Shown piece after piece: positions 40,601 through 50,412 of a DNA stretch of 64,000 nt. The DNA is taken from assembly GCA_965262915.1 (NCBI GenBank), contig OZ253564.1:4736001-4800000 (forward strand), read 5' to 3'. This DNA comes from Candidatus Spongiisociaceae bacterium. Its GTDB lineage: Bacteria > Actinomycetota > Acidimicrobiia > Spongiisociales > Spongiisociaceae. The notes under the pieces are model-generated. The model had not been told where the DNA came from. It saw only the letters and a list, made by a program, of their open reading frames with translations, and made no database searches. Position 1 is the first letter of the stretch, and the number at the start of each line of letters is the position of its first letter. A program made the translations under genes and the position numbers.

Positions 40601-41425
40601 CTACTTCGCGAGGCTCGCGCGAAGGCTCGATCCACCCAGCGCGATAAAGAAGAGCACCACGGGGAACACCGCCATGGTTGCCGAGCCCGAGGTGTTGGCA
40701 TGGAAGCTGATGACCAACCCGGCGGCCACACTCAACACGCCGATGGCGGCGCTGGTGACCATCATGGCCGGCACCCTCCGCACCAGCAGAGCGGCAGTGG
40801 CGGGAGGCCCTACCAGCAACCCCAACGCCAGCAGCGTACCGACCGTACGGAACGAACCGACGATCGCCATGGTGATCAGCGCCAGCAGGGCGGCGTTGGT
40901 GAACCCCGGGTGCAACCCGAGTAGCTGGGCCTTCTGCTCGTTGAACGACAGGGTCAGGAAGCCCCGGTAGAGGACGACCGACGCGAGCGTCACCACCACG
41001 GTGACGATGGCGAGCACCACAATGTCCGAGGTGGTCACCCCGAGTGTGTCCCCGAACAGGATGGCGGCCAGGCTGCCGCCGTACGACGGAGTCCGGGACA
41101 TGAAGATGACACCGAGTCCCAGCATCCCCACGAACAGCAGACCGATACCCGTGTCCTCCGAGAACACCGTTTGGCGGTGAACCAGGTTTATGCCGCCGAT
41201 CATCACCACAGCTGCGAGGGCGGCGCCGATGAACACATTGAAGTCGAGGAGGATGGCGAGAGCAATACCGGGTATCACCCCGTGGATCAACGCGTCGCCC
41301 AGGAAGCTCATACCTCTGATCACCACCCAGGTACCCACCACCGAACCGGAAATCGCAGCAAGCGCCCCACCGATCATGGCCCGCTGCTGAAAGGCGAGTT
41401 CGAAAGGCTCGGTCAACCACTCCAT
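40601..41425 (-). CDS. Zn/Mn ABC transporter permease (AztB/ZnuB-like)
   Basis: GDALIH...PG, EDT.IG, LFGD.LG. Confidence 0.92.
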   Translation of the reverse strand: MEWLTEPFELAFQQRAMIGGALAAISGSVVGTWVVIRGMSFLGDALIHGVIPGIALAILLDFNVFIGAALAAVVMIGGINLVHRQTVFSEDTGIGLLFVGMLGLGVIFMSRTPSYGGSLAAILFGDTLGVTTSDIVVLAIVTVVVTLASVVLYRGFLTLSFNEQKAQLLGLHPGFTNAALLALITMAIVGSFRTVGTLLALGLLVGPPATAALLVRRVPAMMVTSAAIGVLSVAAGLVISFHANTSGSATMAVFPVVLFFIALGGSSLRASLAK

Positions 41426-41429
41426 AGGC

Positions 41430-41447
41430 TGATAACAATAGTCATCA
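41430..41447. promoter_or_regulatory. Imperfect palindrome, candidate metalloregulator (Zur-like) site
   Basis: TGATAAC-AATA-GTCATCA, 4 nt upstream of the permease start codon. Confidence 0.4.
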
Positions 41448-41638
41448 CCAGAGCACGGCTCCGCGTTTCGTTTTGTTAGCAGAGCCGATGCCCGCGCTTT
41501 CGACCGAACCTGTAGCCCAGCTCATCGGTGATCGCACCCCGGAGTCGGGGGTCACGAACGTACCGGCCCGTCCCGGAAGCGGACACGGTCAGCGGTTCTC
41601 GTACACACTCCTGCCCGCCGCCCGGTCCGCGGCGCCGG

Positions 41639-42661
41639 TCACTGACCGCCGGCAAGCGCGTCGGCGATACGTCGGGCGTCCTCGCGTAGCATCCCGATCA
41701 GCGTATCGGCGCCCGATCCCGGCTCACCCAGGGACCCGGTGTAGAGCTCTACGACTTCGATGCCCGAGCCCGCCTCGGCGGCCAGCGCTTCGGCCAGTAC
41801 GGTCGGTTCGATGGTCTCGGCGAAGAGCGCCGGCGTACCCGTCTCGCGGATCCTGTCCACGAGGGCAGCCAGTTCGGCAGAGCTCGGTTCGGCCAGCGTC
41901 GCGCCTCCCGGGATCACGGTATCGATGATCTCGAAGCCGTAGCGGTCAGCGAAATAGCCCAACGCATCGTGGTTGGTGATCAGCGCGCGGTCTTCGTTCG
42001 GGATGGGCGTGAGGATGGCTTGGATCTCCTCGTGGAGTTCCTCGATCGCTGATGCGTACGAATCGGCACGGGCCATCCAATCGATCGAGCCCTCGAGCGA
42101 CGCCAGCGCCTGTGCGATCAGGCGAGCAGCCTCAGCCACCCGTAAGGGGTCCATCCAGAAGTGAGGGTCCGCGCCGCTATGAGCATGGTCCTCATCCTCG
42201 TCACCGTCACCGTCACCGTCTTCGTCGTGACCCCCGAACGGCAAGGGGTCGAGCAGGTCCCCCACCTCGAGCAGGTTGATACCGTCTGCTTCGGCGGCCT
42301 CCAACACATCGAGGATCCCCTTCTCGAGCCCAAGCCCGTTGGCCACCACCAGATCGGCATCGTGGAGAAGAGCCACCTGGGCAGCGGATGCCCGGTAGTC
42401 GTGCGGATCGGTGCCGACCGGAATCAGTACCGCCAAGTCGGCATCAGCACCCACGACATTCGCCACCAGATCACCCAGGATCGTGGTGGTTGCGGCCACC
42501 AGCAGACGCTCGGACTGCGGCGCCGACTCGACTACCCCTGCCGAATCGGTGCCCGGAGGCGCGGTCGTCCCCGAGGATATGCCATCGCCCGAACCGCACG
42601 ATCCGAGCAACAACAAGAACGCAAACGTCCAACACGGGACTCGATTTCGACGAGCGGCCAC
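41639..42661 (-). CDS. Zn/Mn ABC substrate-binding lipoprotein (AztC/ZnuA-like)
   Basis: Lipobox LGSC, DPH, NGLGLE, acidic/His loop, DPHFWMDP, HDALGYF. Confidence 0.92.
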   Translation of the reverse strand: MAARRNRVPCWTFAFLLLLGSCGSGDGISSGTTAPPGTDSAGVVESAPQSERLLVAATTTILGDLVANVVGADADLAVLIPVGTDPHDYRASAAQVALLHDADLVVANGLGLEKGILDVLEAAEADGINLLEVGDLLDPLPFGGHDEDGDGDGDEDEDHAHSGADPHFWMDPLRVAEAARLIAQALASLEGSIDWMARADSYASAIEELHEEIQAILTPIPNEDRALITNHDALGYFADRYGFEIIDTVIPGGATLAEPSSAELAALVDRIRETGTPALFAETIEPTVLAEALAAEAGSGIEVVELYTGSLGEPGSGADTLIGMLREDARRIADALAGGQ

Positions 42662-42756
42662 CCTCTACCCCTCTCATAGAAATAAGAATCAATACTATAG
42701 CAGCAGCGCAGGCCTGTAGAACAAAGCGGTAGCAGTCGATCCGGGTCCGAGTTCGG

Positions 42757-43218
42757 CTATCGAGACGGCCGGGGGAGGGAACGAACCTCCGTTCTTCGGC
42801 CGGCGACCGGGCGGAGTTCCGGCCCATCGAGCAAAGCGACGGGCCGGAACTCGGCGGCGGCGGCCGCCTCCAGCGTCATCTCCCCGAGCCCCAGCACGGT
42901 CACGGGCAGCCGCGCGGTGACGGTGACCGTCCTGGGAGCGTATCCGGGGTCATGCGCGCATGAACACGACAGCAGTTCGGCGCCGTTCGCCCGGACCAGC
43001 CAGGCCGCCTCGGCGGTGGCCGAGCCGGCGGCGCCGAAGGGGCGGAAGGTCACCGGCGCCGCAGCCAGCGCACCGGCCGCGGCAGCCGTTACCACCCGGC
43101 TCCTAGCGATCAGCACCTGTCCGACGGCGGCCAGCGCAACAACCAGGAGGAAGCCGAGAACCAGCACGCCCACCGCAAACACGGTCACCGAGCCGCGCTC
43201 CGACCTCAACCTGCCCAC
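42757..43218 (-). CDS. TadE-like pseudopilin (Rv3654c-like)
   Basis: ERGSVT plus hydrophobic helix; last gene of the tad cluster; start approximate. Confidence 0.75.
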   Translation of the reverse strand: MGRLRSERGSVTVFAVGVLVLGFLLVVALAAVGQVLIARSRVVTAAAAGALAAAPVTFRPFGAAGSATAEAAWLVRANGAELLSCSCAHDPGYAPRTVTVTARLPVTVLGLGEMTLEAAAAAEFRPVALLDGPELRPVAGRRTEVRSLPRPSR

Positions 43219-43219
43219 C

Positions 43220-43582
43220 TCATGACTCGACGCGCATGGTCGCGGTGGACTCCAGGGGCACCCGGAATCCACCTAGAGCCGGCAGGAGGGTGTGCATGAC
43301 GGCCACGGTGACCCGGGCAGGCGCACCGACCACCGGCGGACGGCGGACCGTAATCCTCGCCCGTCCACCCAGTTCGTCGCCCAGCACGCTCCTGGCGGCC
43401 TCGATGGCTCTGGACGTGTCGGGGACGGTGGCGGCCACACGGGCGCCTTCACGGGAGGCCGCAGCCAGTTGGAGGGACGTCCTCGCCACCACCGCCACCT
43501 CCATGATTCCCGCAATCAGCAGGAAGACGAGCGGGATGACGAGGACGAACTCCAACGTGGCGGAGCCTCGTTCTTTCCTCAG
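43220..43582 (-). CDS. TadE family pseudopilin
   Basis: ERGSATLEF, A.REGAR.AA; true start codon unclear. Confidence 0.8.
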   Translation of the reverse strand: MRKERGSATLEFVLVIPLVFLLIAGIMEVAVVARTSLQLAAASREGARVAATVPDTSRAIEAARSVLGDELGGRARITVRRPPVVGAPARVTVAVMHTLLPALGGFRVPLESTATMRVES

Positions 43583-43779
43583 CCGAGCAGTCCGTGGATG
43601 TTGCGAACCACGGCGCCGAAGAACTTCCCTATCATGCTGGTCTTGTTGATCCAGGCCAGCAGCAGGGAGGCCATTCCGGCCGCACACATCCCGACCAGGC
43701 TGTACTCGACGGTCACCTGTCCTTCCTCGCCGACCACGGCGCGAATCGCACGACGAACCAGATGGGTAATTGCACTCAC
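43579..43779 (-). CDS. Flp-type pilin (DUF4244-like)
   Basis: EEGQVTVEY prepilin cleavage motif; 66 aa; AAAGGAG RBS. Confidence 0.85.
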   Translation of the reverse strand: MSAITHLVRRAIRAVVGEEGQVTVEYSLVGMCAAGMASLLLAWINKTSMIGKFFGAVVRNIHGLLG

Positions 43780-43847
43780 TATGAGTCTCCTTTCTCCCGC
43801 CTCTGCGGGACTGCCGGCTTCCGGCCGGTTCGGGGGGAAGTGACATC

Positions 43848-44489
43848 TCAGAGCGACACGATCGGGCCGAGTAGCCGCACCACCGAAGGCAGTACGAGAG
43901 GGCCGACCATGAGTATCAGAAGGCCGGGAAGCATCAGCAGGGTGATCGGGACCACCATCCTGACCGGGAGTTGGCGAGCCCGCTCAACCGCCCGGGTTCG
44001 TGCAGCCTCGCGGTATTCGCCAGCCAGGGCGGTGAGGGCAAGCCCCAGCGGAGCACCCGAGAGATGGGCGGCTCCCACTTGGCGGAACAGCCTTCCGCCC
44101 ACTCCGGCCGCGTTCAGGAGAGAGGCCGTGAGACCTTCCCGTACCGAGCGGCGGAGCACCAGGTCCACCTCCTGGCCAAGGCGGGACCGGAGGGCTTCAC
44201 GGGACAGACCGAGTGCCGCCGCCGGCGACAGGCCCCCGGAGAGACCGATGAGCATCGAGTGGGTGAACAACTCGAGTTCGCCCTCCGCCCGTTCCAGGGC
44301 AAGCCGCTCGTCACGCAGGGCCCGGCGCCGGTGCAACGAGAACCACGCCAGGGCAAGACCGGCACCGGCCAGGGGGTTGGCCAGCCCCACAGCGGCGCCG
44401 ACCGCCGCTGTGGTCCGCCGCCGGGTCGGATGGGACCGAAGGAGGACGAATACCACCACCGCAACCGAGACCAGGGTGACGAGCGTCAC
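43848..44489 (-). CDS. TadC-like (T2SS F family) protein
   Basis: GAPL...L, ARQLPVRMVVPITLLMLPG; GTGA overlap with tadB. Confidence 0.82.
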   Translation of the reverse strand: MTLVTLVSVAVVVFVLLRSHPTRRRTTAAVGAAVGLANPLAGAGLALAWFSLHRRRALRDERLALERAEGELELFTHSMLIGLSGGLSPAAALGLSREALRSRLGQEVDLVLRRSVREGLTASLLNAAGVGGRLFRQVGAAHLSGAPLGLALTALAGEYREAARTRAVERARQLPVRMVVPITLLMLPGLLILMVGPLVLPSVVRLLGPIVSL

Positions 44490-45097
44490 GAGAGCCTCCT
44501 GCCGAGGGCCAGGAGTTCGGAGAGCATCCCGGTGGCGGAGGCGACGAACAGCCCTCCGATCGGGAGCACCGTCAGCACCGCCACCGATACCCGGGCGCCG
44601 GCGCCCGCCGCCCTCACTTCCCGGCCCAACTCGATGCGGTCGGCCTGGATGCCGGCCAGGGTCGCGAACGCCGACGCGAGCCTTCCCCCGCTCTCGGCCC
44701 CGATCCTCATGGCGGCGGCAGCCAGGGATCCGGTTCCCGGCAGGGCGGTCGAAGCCGCCTCGGCCACCTCGGCCATCGGACGGCCGGAGCGGGCCAACCT
44801 GGCGACGTAGGCCAAGTCGAGATCCGGTGTCCGAACACCTGCTTCCACCAGCGCTTGGCGAAGGCTCCGTCCGGACCGCAACTCGGCGCTCACCGCCTGC
44901 AGGTAGGCGACCTCCTGGTACGGATCGGCCCCCTGGCTGCGGCGAGCCACCCAGATGCCGATGGACAGACCGGCCAAGCTCGCCCACCAGGGAAGGATTA
45001 CGGCCGCGCCCAAGGCCAGCGGTTCCCAGAAGCGGTGGGGCCGCAACCCTATGCCGACTGCCACCAGTGCGATGATCAGCATGGCAGTTCCCGGCAT
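44486..45097 (-). CDS. TadB-like (T2SS F family) protein
   Basis: AELRSG.SL..AL, ESGG.LA, AGAR.S..VL..LP. Confidence 0.8.
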   Translation of the reverse strand: MPGTAMLIIALVAVGIGLRPHRFWEPLALGAAVILPWWASLAGLSIGIWVARRSQGADPYQEVAYLQAVSAELRSGRSLRQALVEAGVRTPDLDLAYVARLARSGRPMAEVAEAASTALPGTGSLAAAAMRIGAESGGRLASAFATLAGIQADRIELGREVRAAGAGARVSVAVLTVLPIGGLFVASATGMLSELLALGRRLS

Positions 45098-46131
45098 CCT
45101 TCCTGGCCGACCTCGGCTATCTCCGCCACGAACCGGTGGGCATCCCGCCTCGAGAGATGAACGATGACGTCCACACCCGACCGGAGTTGCCGTCGCACGG
45201 CCAACTCCCCGACGCTCTCACCGGACAGGGCCAGGGTTTCCAGCCTCCACAGGGCGTCTTCCGGCCCGTTGGCGTGGACCGTGGACAGGCTCCCGTCGTG
45301 GCCGGTGTTCATAGCCGAGATCATGTCGAGAGCCTCGGGGCCTCGTACCTCACCGACGATGATCCGATCGGGACGCAGGCGGAGGGCGGTCCGGACCAGA
45401 TCGGCCATGCTTACCCGTCCCTGACCTTCGGCGTTGGCCGGGCGGGCCTCCAGACGGACTACATGACCCGAGAACCTCAACTCGGCGGCGTCCTCGATGG
45501 TCACTATCCGCTCCCCGGCAGGCACGGTGCCCGCCAGTGCGTTGAGCAGGGTGGTCTTCCCGGTCCCCGTCCCCCCGCTGACCACGATGTTCTTCCGGTC
45601 CACGACAGCCCGCTCCAGGAGATCCCGCTGGCCGACGGTCATCGATCCCCAGTCGACGAAGGTCCCCAGATCGGGTGCAACGGCGGTGAAACGGCGGATC
45701 GCCACCACCGGGCCTCCCACCGAGACCGGAGGGATCACCGCATGAAGCCGGCTCCCGTCGGGCAACCGGGCACTCAGCAGCGGGCTGGCCCGGTCCAGAC
45801 GTAACCCGAGAGGGGCGATGGTGCGTTCCACCGCCGCAAGCACCGCGGCATCGTCAGCGAACACGATGTCGGTCGGCTCCAGAACGCCCCGGCGCTCCAC
45901 CCATACCTCGTCCGGCCCGTTGACGAACACGTCCGACACCGCGGGATCCCGGAACAGCGGCTCGATCGGACCCATACCCACCAGGGTGTCCACCACGACA
46001 TCGACGATTCGAGGAGATGCCAGCGGTGATTCGACCGAGAGGATTCGGCGCACCTCGGCCTCCGCGCCCTCACGGCTCAGCTCGACATCCGATTCGAGCA
46101 CCCGGCGGAGCACTCGATCCACTACAGCCAC
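45076..46131 (-). CDS. TadA/CpaF pilus ATPase
   Basis: [37 protein letters not shown]. Confidence 0.93.
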   Translation of the reverse strand: MAVVDRVLRRVLESDVELSREGAEAEVRRILSVESPLASPRIVDVVVDTLVGMGPIEPLFRDPAVSDVFVNGPDEVWVERRGVLEPTDIVFADDAAVLAAVERTIAPLGLRLDRASPLLSARLPDGSRLHAVIPPVSVGGPVVAIRRFTAVAPDLGTFVDWGSMTVGQRDLLERAVVDRKNIVVSGGTGTGKTTLLNALAGTVPAGERIVTIEDAAELRFSGHVVRLEARPANAEGQGRVSMADLVRTALRLRPDRIIVGEVRGPEALDMISAMNTGHDGSLSTVHANGPEDALWRLETLALSGESVGELAVRRQLRSGVDVIVHLSRRDAHRFVAEIAEVGQEGCRELPC

Positions 46132-46652
46132 GGCCACCTCCAGACTCCCGCCCAGGAGCGCAGCCACCGGCCGGCCGGGGTCCTGCCGGCCAGTACGGAG
46201 ATGACCGCCGACCGGCCGGGACTGTCGACTACGGGACCGGGACCCGGCTCGACCGTTCCGATTCCGGTCCGAACCCAGATGCGAGGCCGGGATCTGGTGT
46301 CCACCCCCGGCACGAGCGGGGCCACCTCCGCGAAGGGCAGGCCTGCCACAGGCGTTCGTGTCCTCACCACGACGCAGGGCCACGATTCGACCAGGGCACC
46401 CAGCACCACGCCGGCGGCCTCGACATCCGCCCCGCCATGAGGCAGCACCGCCACACCCGAACGGGAAGGGACCAGCTCCGCCAGGGTGGGGCCGTCCTCG
46501 ACCAGCCCTGCCAGAGTCCGCCTGCCGGGGAGCGGGAAGCCCTCCGGATCGAGGTCGATCACCAGCGCGGTCGGATGGGAGGCGGCCAACGCGAAGGGCG
46601 TCACCAGACCCAGCAGATCGTCGTGGAGGGTGTGCACAGCTAGAGCCACCAC
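46122..46652 (-). CDS. Short Ssd/TadZ-like protein without a Walker A motif
   Basis: Position upstream of tadA; LVIDLDP strand resembles MinD-family proteins. Confidence 0.55.
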   Translation of the reverse strand: MVALAVHTLHDDLLGLVTPFALAASHPTALVIDLDPEGFPLPGRRTLAGLVEDGPTLAELVPSRSGVAVLPHGGADVEAAGVVLGALVESWPCVVVRTRTPVAGLPFAEVAPLVPGVDTRSRPRIWVRTGIGTVEPGPGPVVDSPGRSAVISVLAGRTPAGRWLRSWAGVWRWPWL

Positions 46653-46705
46653 AATCCGTGCCTCTCCCGGTAATAGTGGCTTGTATTTTGTTTATCAATG
46701 GTTAT

Positions 46706-46728
46706 CGTTGTTGACATCATCAACAACG
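46706..46728. promoter_or_regulatory. Inverted repeat in the divergent tad / 6C-HAD promoter region
   Basis: CGTTGTTGA-CATCA-TCAACAACG next to TTGTAT-N16-TATCGT. Confidence 0.55.
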
Positions 46729-46733
46729 TACAG

Positions 46734-46838
46734 CATCCGGATGCAGCTGTGAACCCCCTTATGCATCAGGATGGGGGGGCGGCGCCCAAGATGCCAGTCG
46801 GCAGTTCCCCGTCCCCCTGCAGATCGGGCGCCGCCCCC
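46734..46838 (+). ncRNA. 6C-like RNA
   Basis: Two adjacent hairpins with C-rich loops (AACCCCCTT; TTCCCCGTCCCC), located between the ssd-like and HAD-IB genes, the known 6C locus. Confidence 0.75.
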
Positions 46839-46867
46839 AACTACCCGTGCATCCCTAGGATGAACCC

Positions 46868-47686
46868 GTGACCGCTACCTCGCCCCCCCACCGGAACGCA
46901 GCCGCCTTCTTCGACCTCGACAAGACGATCATCGCCAAGTCCTCGACCCTCGCATTCGTCAGACCACTGCACGCAGCGGGGCTGCTGAAGCGTCGCACCA
47001 TGCTCAAAGCGGCGGTGGCCCAGGTCATCTACCGGACGATGGGCGCCGACCAGCAACAGTTGGACCGCGTTCGTGATCAACTCATGGCCCTGACCAAGGG
47101 GTGGAAGGCGTCGCGGGTCCGCCAGCTGGTGCAGGAAACCGTGGACGAGATCATCTCTCCCATCGTCTATGCCGAGGCGCTGGTCCTGATGGACGACCAC
47201 CGGCGGGAGGGGAGGGAGGTGGTGATCGTGTCGAGCGCGCCGGAGGAGGTCGTGCGTCCCATGGCCAGGTATCTGGGAGTGGATCATGTGATCGCCAGCC
47301 GCTCGACGGTGGACGAGGAGGGCCGTTACGCCGGCGAGTTGGCCTTCTACGCAACCGGCGCCGGTAAGGCCGAGGCGATCGGCGCGCTGGCCGGCGAATG
47401 GGAGCTCGACCTCGCCCGGTGTTTCGCCTATTCGGACAGCGCCACCGACCTGCCCATGCTAGAGGCGGTCGGCCATCCCATAGCCGTCAACCCGGATAGG
47501 GAACTGCGTGACGTGGCCGAGGAACGGGAATGGCCCGTGGTCGAGTTCGCCCGCCCGGTGACACTGCGAACTCGTCTGGCCACCCTTCCCAAACCGGCGC
47601 CGGTCATCTCCGGCGCGGCCCTCGCCACCGCCGTGGCGGGCGTCATCACCCTGTGGGTGCTCAAGAGCCGCCGGAGAGCCGCTTAG
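46868..47686 (+). CDS. HAD-IB hydrolase (Rv3661-like)
   Basis: AAFFDLDKTIIAKSS, AYSDS.TDLPML, VNPD. Confidence 0.92.
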   Translation: MTATSPPHRNAAAFFDLDKTIIAKSSTLAFVRPLHAAGLLKRRTMLKAAVAQVIYRTMGADQQQLDRVRDQLMALTKGWKASRVRQLVQETVDEIISPIVYAEALVLMDDHRREGREVVIVSSAPEEVVRPMARYLGVDHVIASRSTVDEEGRYAGELAFYATGAGKAEAIGALAGEWELDLARCFAYSDSATDLPMLEAVGHPIAVNPDRELRDVAEEREWPVVEFARPVTLRTRLATLPKPAPVISGAALATAVAGVITLWVLKSRRRAA

Positions 47687-47721
47687 GCGCAGGCGAAGGG
47701 CGACGATTCGTCCCGGAGGCG

Positions 47722-47763
47722 TCGCTCGGGTCGGTGATTCCGGAAGTCCACCGACCCGAGCGA
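47722..47763. terminator. 15-bp perfect hairpin downstream of the HAD gene
   Basis: TCGCTCGGGTCGGTG ... CACCGACCCGAGCGA; no U tract. Confidence 0.45.
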
Positions 47764-47884
47764 TAATAGTTGGTATCGGCGGGGCGGGACCCTGTTGGCG
47801 GTTCCGGCTCCGCCCCGGACGCGTCGCGACCTTGGTCGCGGCGCCACGACCGAGCCAAGGGGACTCGGGGATCGGAGAGCAGAA

Positions 47885-48727
47885 ATGGCGAACATCGTTC
47901 GAGCAGCCCTTCTTCAGGCTGCATGGACCGGTGACCGGGAATCGATGGTCGAAAAGGGCGCCCACTACGCCTACGAGGCGGCCGACCGGGGCGCCCGGGT
48001 GATGTGTTTCCAGGAACTCTTCAACGGTCCCTACTTCTGCCAGGTCCAGGACGACGACCACAAGGACACGGCCGAAGCGGTACCCGACGGCTTCAGCACG
48101 CAGCGAATGATCGAGGTTGCGAGGGAAACCGAGATGGTCCTCGTGGTCCCCCTGTACGAGAAGGAGGACGACGGGTTCCTGTACAACACGGCCGCCGTGA
48201 TCGACGCGGACGGCACCTACCTCGGTAAGTACCGCAAGACCCACATCCCCCACGTCAACGGGTTCTGGGAGAAGTTCTACTTCCGTCCCGGGAACCTCGG
48301 ATACCCGGTGTTCGACACCGCGGTGGGCCGGATCGGCGTGTACATCTGCTACGACCGCCACTTCCCGGAAGGCTGGAGGGCGTTGGGTCTGGCCGGCGCC
48401 AAGATCGTGTTCAACCCTTCGGCGACCAGCCGCGGCCTGTCGATGTACCTGTGGAACCTCGAGCAGCCCGCCTCTGCGGTGGCCAACGAGTACTTCATCG
48501 GCGCCATCAACCGGGTCGGGCGGGAACCCTACGGCGACAACGACTTCTACGGCTCCTCGTACTTCGTGGACCCGAGGGGGCAACTGGTCGGCGAGGTCGG
48601 TTCGGACACCGAGGAGGAACTCGTCGTCAGGGACCTCGAGATGGACATGATCGAGGATGTGCGCAAGATATGGGCCTTCTACCGCGACCGCCGTCCCGAC
48701 GCCTACGACTCCCTGGTCGCCCCCTGA
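47885..48727 (+). CDS. Nitrilase family amidase, beta-ureidopropionase-like
   Basis: FQELF, YRKTHIP, FWEKFYF.PG, ICYDRHFPE. Confidence 0.9.
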   Translation: MANIVRAALLQAAWTGDRESMVEKGAHYAYEAADRGARVMCFQELFNGPYFCQVQDDDHKDTAEAVPDGFSTQRMIEVARETEMVLVVPLYEKEDDGFLYNTAAVIDADGTYLGKYRKTHIPHVNGFWEKFYFRPGNLGYPVFDTAVGRIGVYICYDRHFPEGWRALGLAGAKIVFNPSATSRGLSMYLWNLEQPASAVANEYFIGAINRVGREPYGDNDFYGSSYFVDPRGQLVGEVGSDTEEELVVRDLEMDMIEDVRKIWAFYRDRRPDAYDSLVAP

Positions 48728-48833
48728 GAGGCCGGTCAATCGTGACGCGGGATGGGCGCCTGCCCGCTCCCTAACCCGGCGTCGATGTAGGTAACGCGAG
48801 TCGTTCTGAAGCGCTGTCCCTCACGAGCGGAAC

Positions 48834-49094
48834 TCAGCCGATGGCCTCCAAGATCGCGACGATGCCGCCCACCACCGCAACGATACCCACACCCTGCATC
48901 CACAATGCCCGGTACATGTCCGCCCGCAGCCTCGACTCGACACCGGCTAGTTCCGTCTTGAGCCCATCCCGCGTTACCAGAGGGCTGGTGGCCTCAGCGA
49001 CTACGTCGACAACGCTCCCGGCAGCCTGCTCCTCCATCTCGGCGGCGCGCAGCTTGCGGACTCCGGCCTGAGTGTCGAACTTCGGTGAGGTCAC
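48834..49094 (-). CDS. Small DUF1640/CCDC90-like coiled-coil membrane protein
   Basis: FDT...V..L, LVTR..L, C-terminal TM helix; AAGGAAAGGA RBS. Confidence 0.7.
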   Translation of the reverse strand: MTSPKFDTQAGVRKLRAAEMEEQAAGSVVDVVAEATSPLVTRDGLKTELAGVESRLRADMYRALWMQGVGIVAVVGGIVAILEAIG

Positions 49095-49313
49095 AGATCC
49101 TTTCCTTCCTTGCCACCATACCCCTCGCAGCATACGGTGGTTACTCTAGTAGTCAATCATGTTTAGCGTTTCTTGGGATAACCAATCCCTCTCCGAGGAG
49201 TCGACCAATGGAAGGTTCGGTCGTGTTCCCAGCAGGACAGCGGTCACTCGCCACCGGTAGAGGCAACAGTGCTTCCCGGAGCCTCACAATTGGGTACGGC
49301 TTCGCACCGGTGC

Positions 49314-50291
49314 CTAGGTGAGGCGATCAACGTAGGGCATGAGCGTCTCGTGGAGTCGGTACATGGCGTCTGCCAGGACTTCGTAACCGGCTTTCCGCTC
49401 GTGAGGGGGTGAGCGGTAGCCACATGTTTCGTCCGGCACCCATCCGACATAGCTCGCACGGTACTTGGGATCGTTGTTCCAACTCAGAGTCGTGCCCATG
49501 GCATCGTGGATGGAGTCCCGCTCATCCTGTAGGGCGTTGAAGAGTTCATCGTTCTTCTCTTGGTCCGACGCGTCTATCGCAAGCTGGAGCCGACATAAGT
49601 TCATCTGCAAAACAAAGTTGAACTGGAAAGATCCTCGGGTTGTGACAGTGATATAGCTGTGCACTCTGCGGTTAGTTTGTGACCAATACAGAGTACTCTT
49701 ATCCTCTATCACACTTCGTAACCCAGCCCAGAACTCGCTCCGCTCCCTTTCCCTGAGCTGGTCGGCCTCGGAAGGTGTTCTCTTGCCCGTTGCCGTCTCC
49801 GACTTCCATTCGTTCGGTCCAGCGACGAGGCGGAAGCGGAAACCGGGGGCCGAATCGCCTATCCGGCCCGCCTCGATCGCGACCAAGAACAGGCGGATCC
49901 CAACGGAACCGTAGGCTTCCGAATAGCGGTTCCATTCGTCTGCCACCGCCACGAACTCATCACGGTGAGACTCGGCCACCACGATCACGGCTCGGCACTC
50001 AAGGCCGACCGCGTAGGCGAGGGCGCGGGTGAGGTGATCGTGGTCGGCTTCGCCATACTGGTTCTCGACCGCCCAGTTCCTGCCGTCGGCGTCCTTCGCG
50101 AGGACATCGAGCTTGCGCCCTCCGGGCACCTCGACCTCGGTGTGATCCAATTCGAGTTCGCCGATCTCGAGATGCGCGGACAGGGTCTCCAGGTTGTCGG
50201 CCAGCCAGGGCGTGAAGTCCCGCGCCTCACCCGGCCACACGTCGCGGATATCGATCAACTTGAACTCTTGCGGAAGAATGGGTGCGGTCAT
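49314..50291 (-). CDS. DUF4268 protein with a PD-(D/E)xK nuclease-like N-terminus
   Basis: W..EARDFTPWL..N, D.LA, VENQ....DHDH. Confidence 0.85.
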   Translation of the reverse strand: MTAPILPQEFKLIDIRDVWPGEARDFTPWLADNLETLSAHLEIGELELDHTEVEVPGGRKLDVLAKDADGRNWAVENQYGEADHDHLTRALAYAVGLECRAVIVVAESHRDEFVAVADEWNRYSEAYGSVGIRLFLVAIEAGRIGDSAPGFRFRLVAGPNEWKSETATGKRTPSEADQLRERERSEFWAGLRSVIEDKSTLYWSQTNRRVHSYITVTTRGSFQFNFVLQMNLCRLQLAIDASDQEKNDELFNALQDERDSIHDAMGTTLSWNNDPKYRASYVGWVPDETCGYRSPPHERKAGYEVLADAMYRLHETLMPYVDRLT

Positions 50292-50412
50292 GACGGCCAA
50301 CCTAATCAGGGGGCAGGGGGCCTACAAGCGGTGGGCATGACGTTGTCAGGTGGCATTGTTCCCGAGCCGGGAAGTTATCCTGGGACCTTCACGCGACAGA
50401 CGGAGGCCAGCC

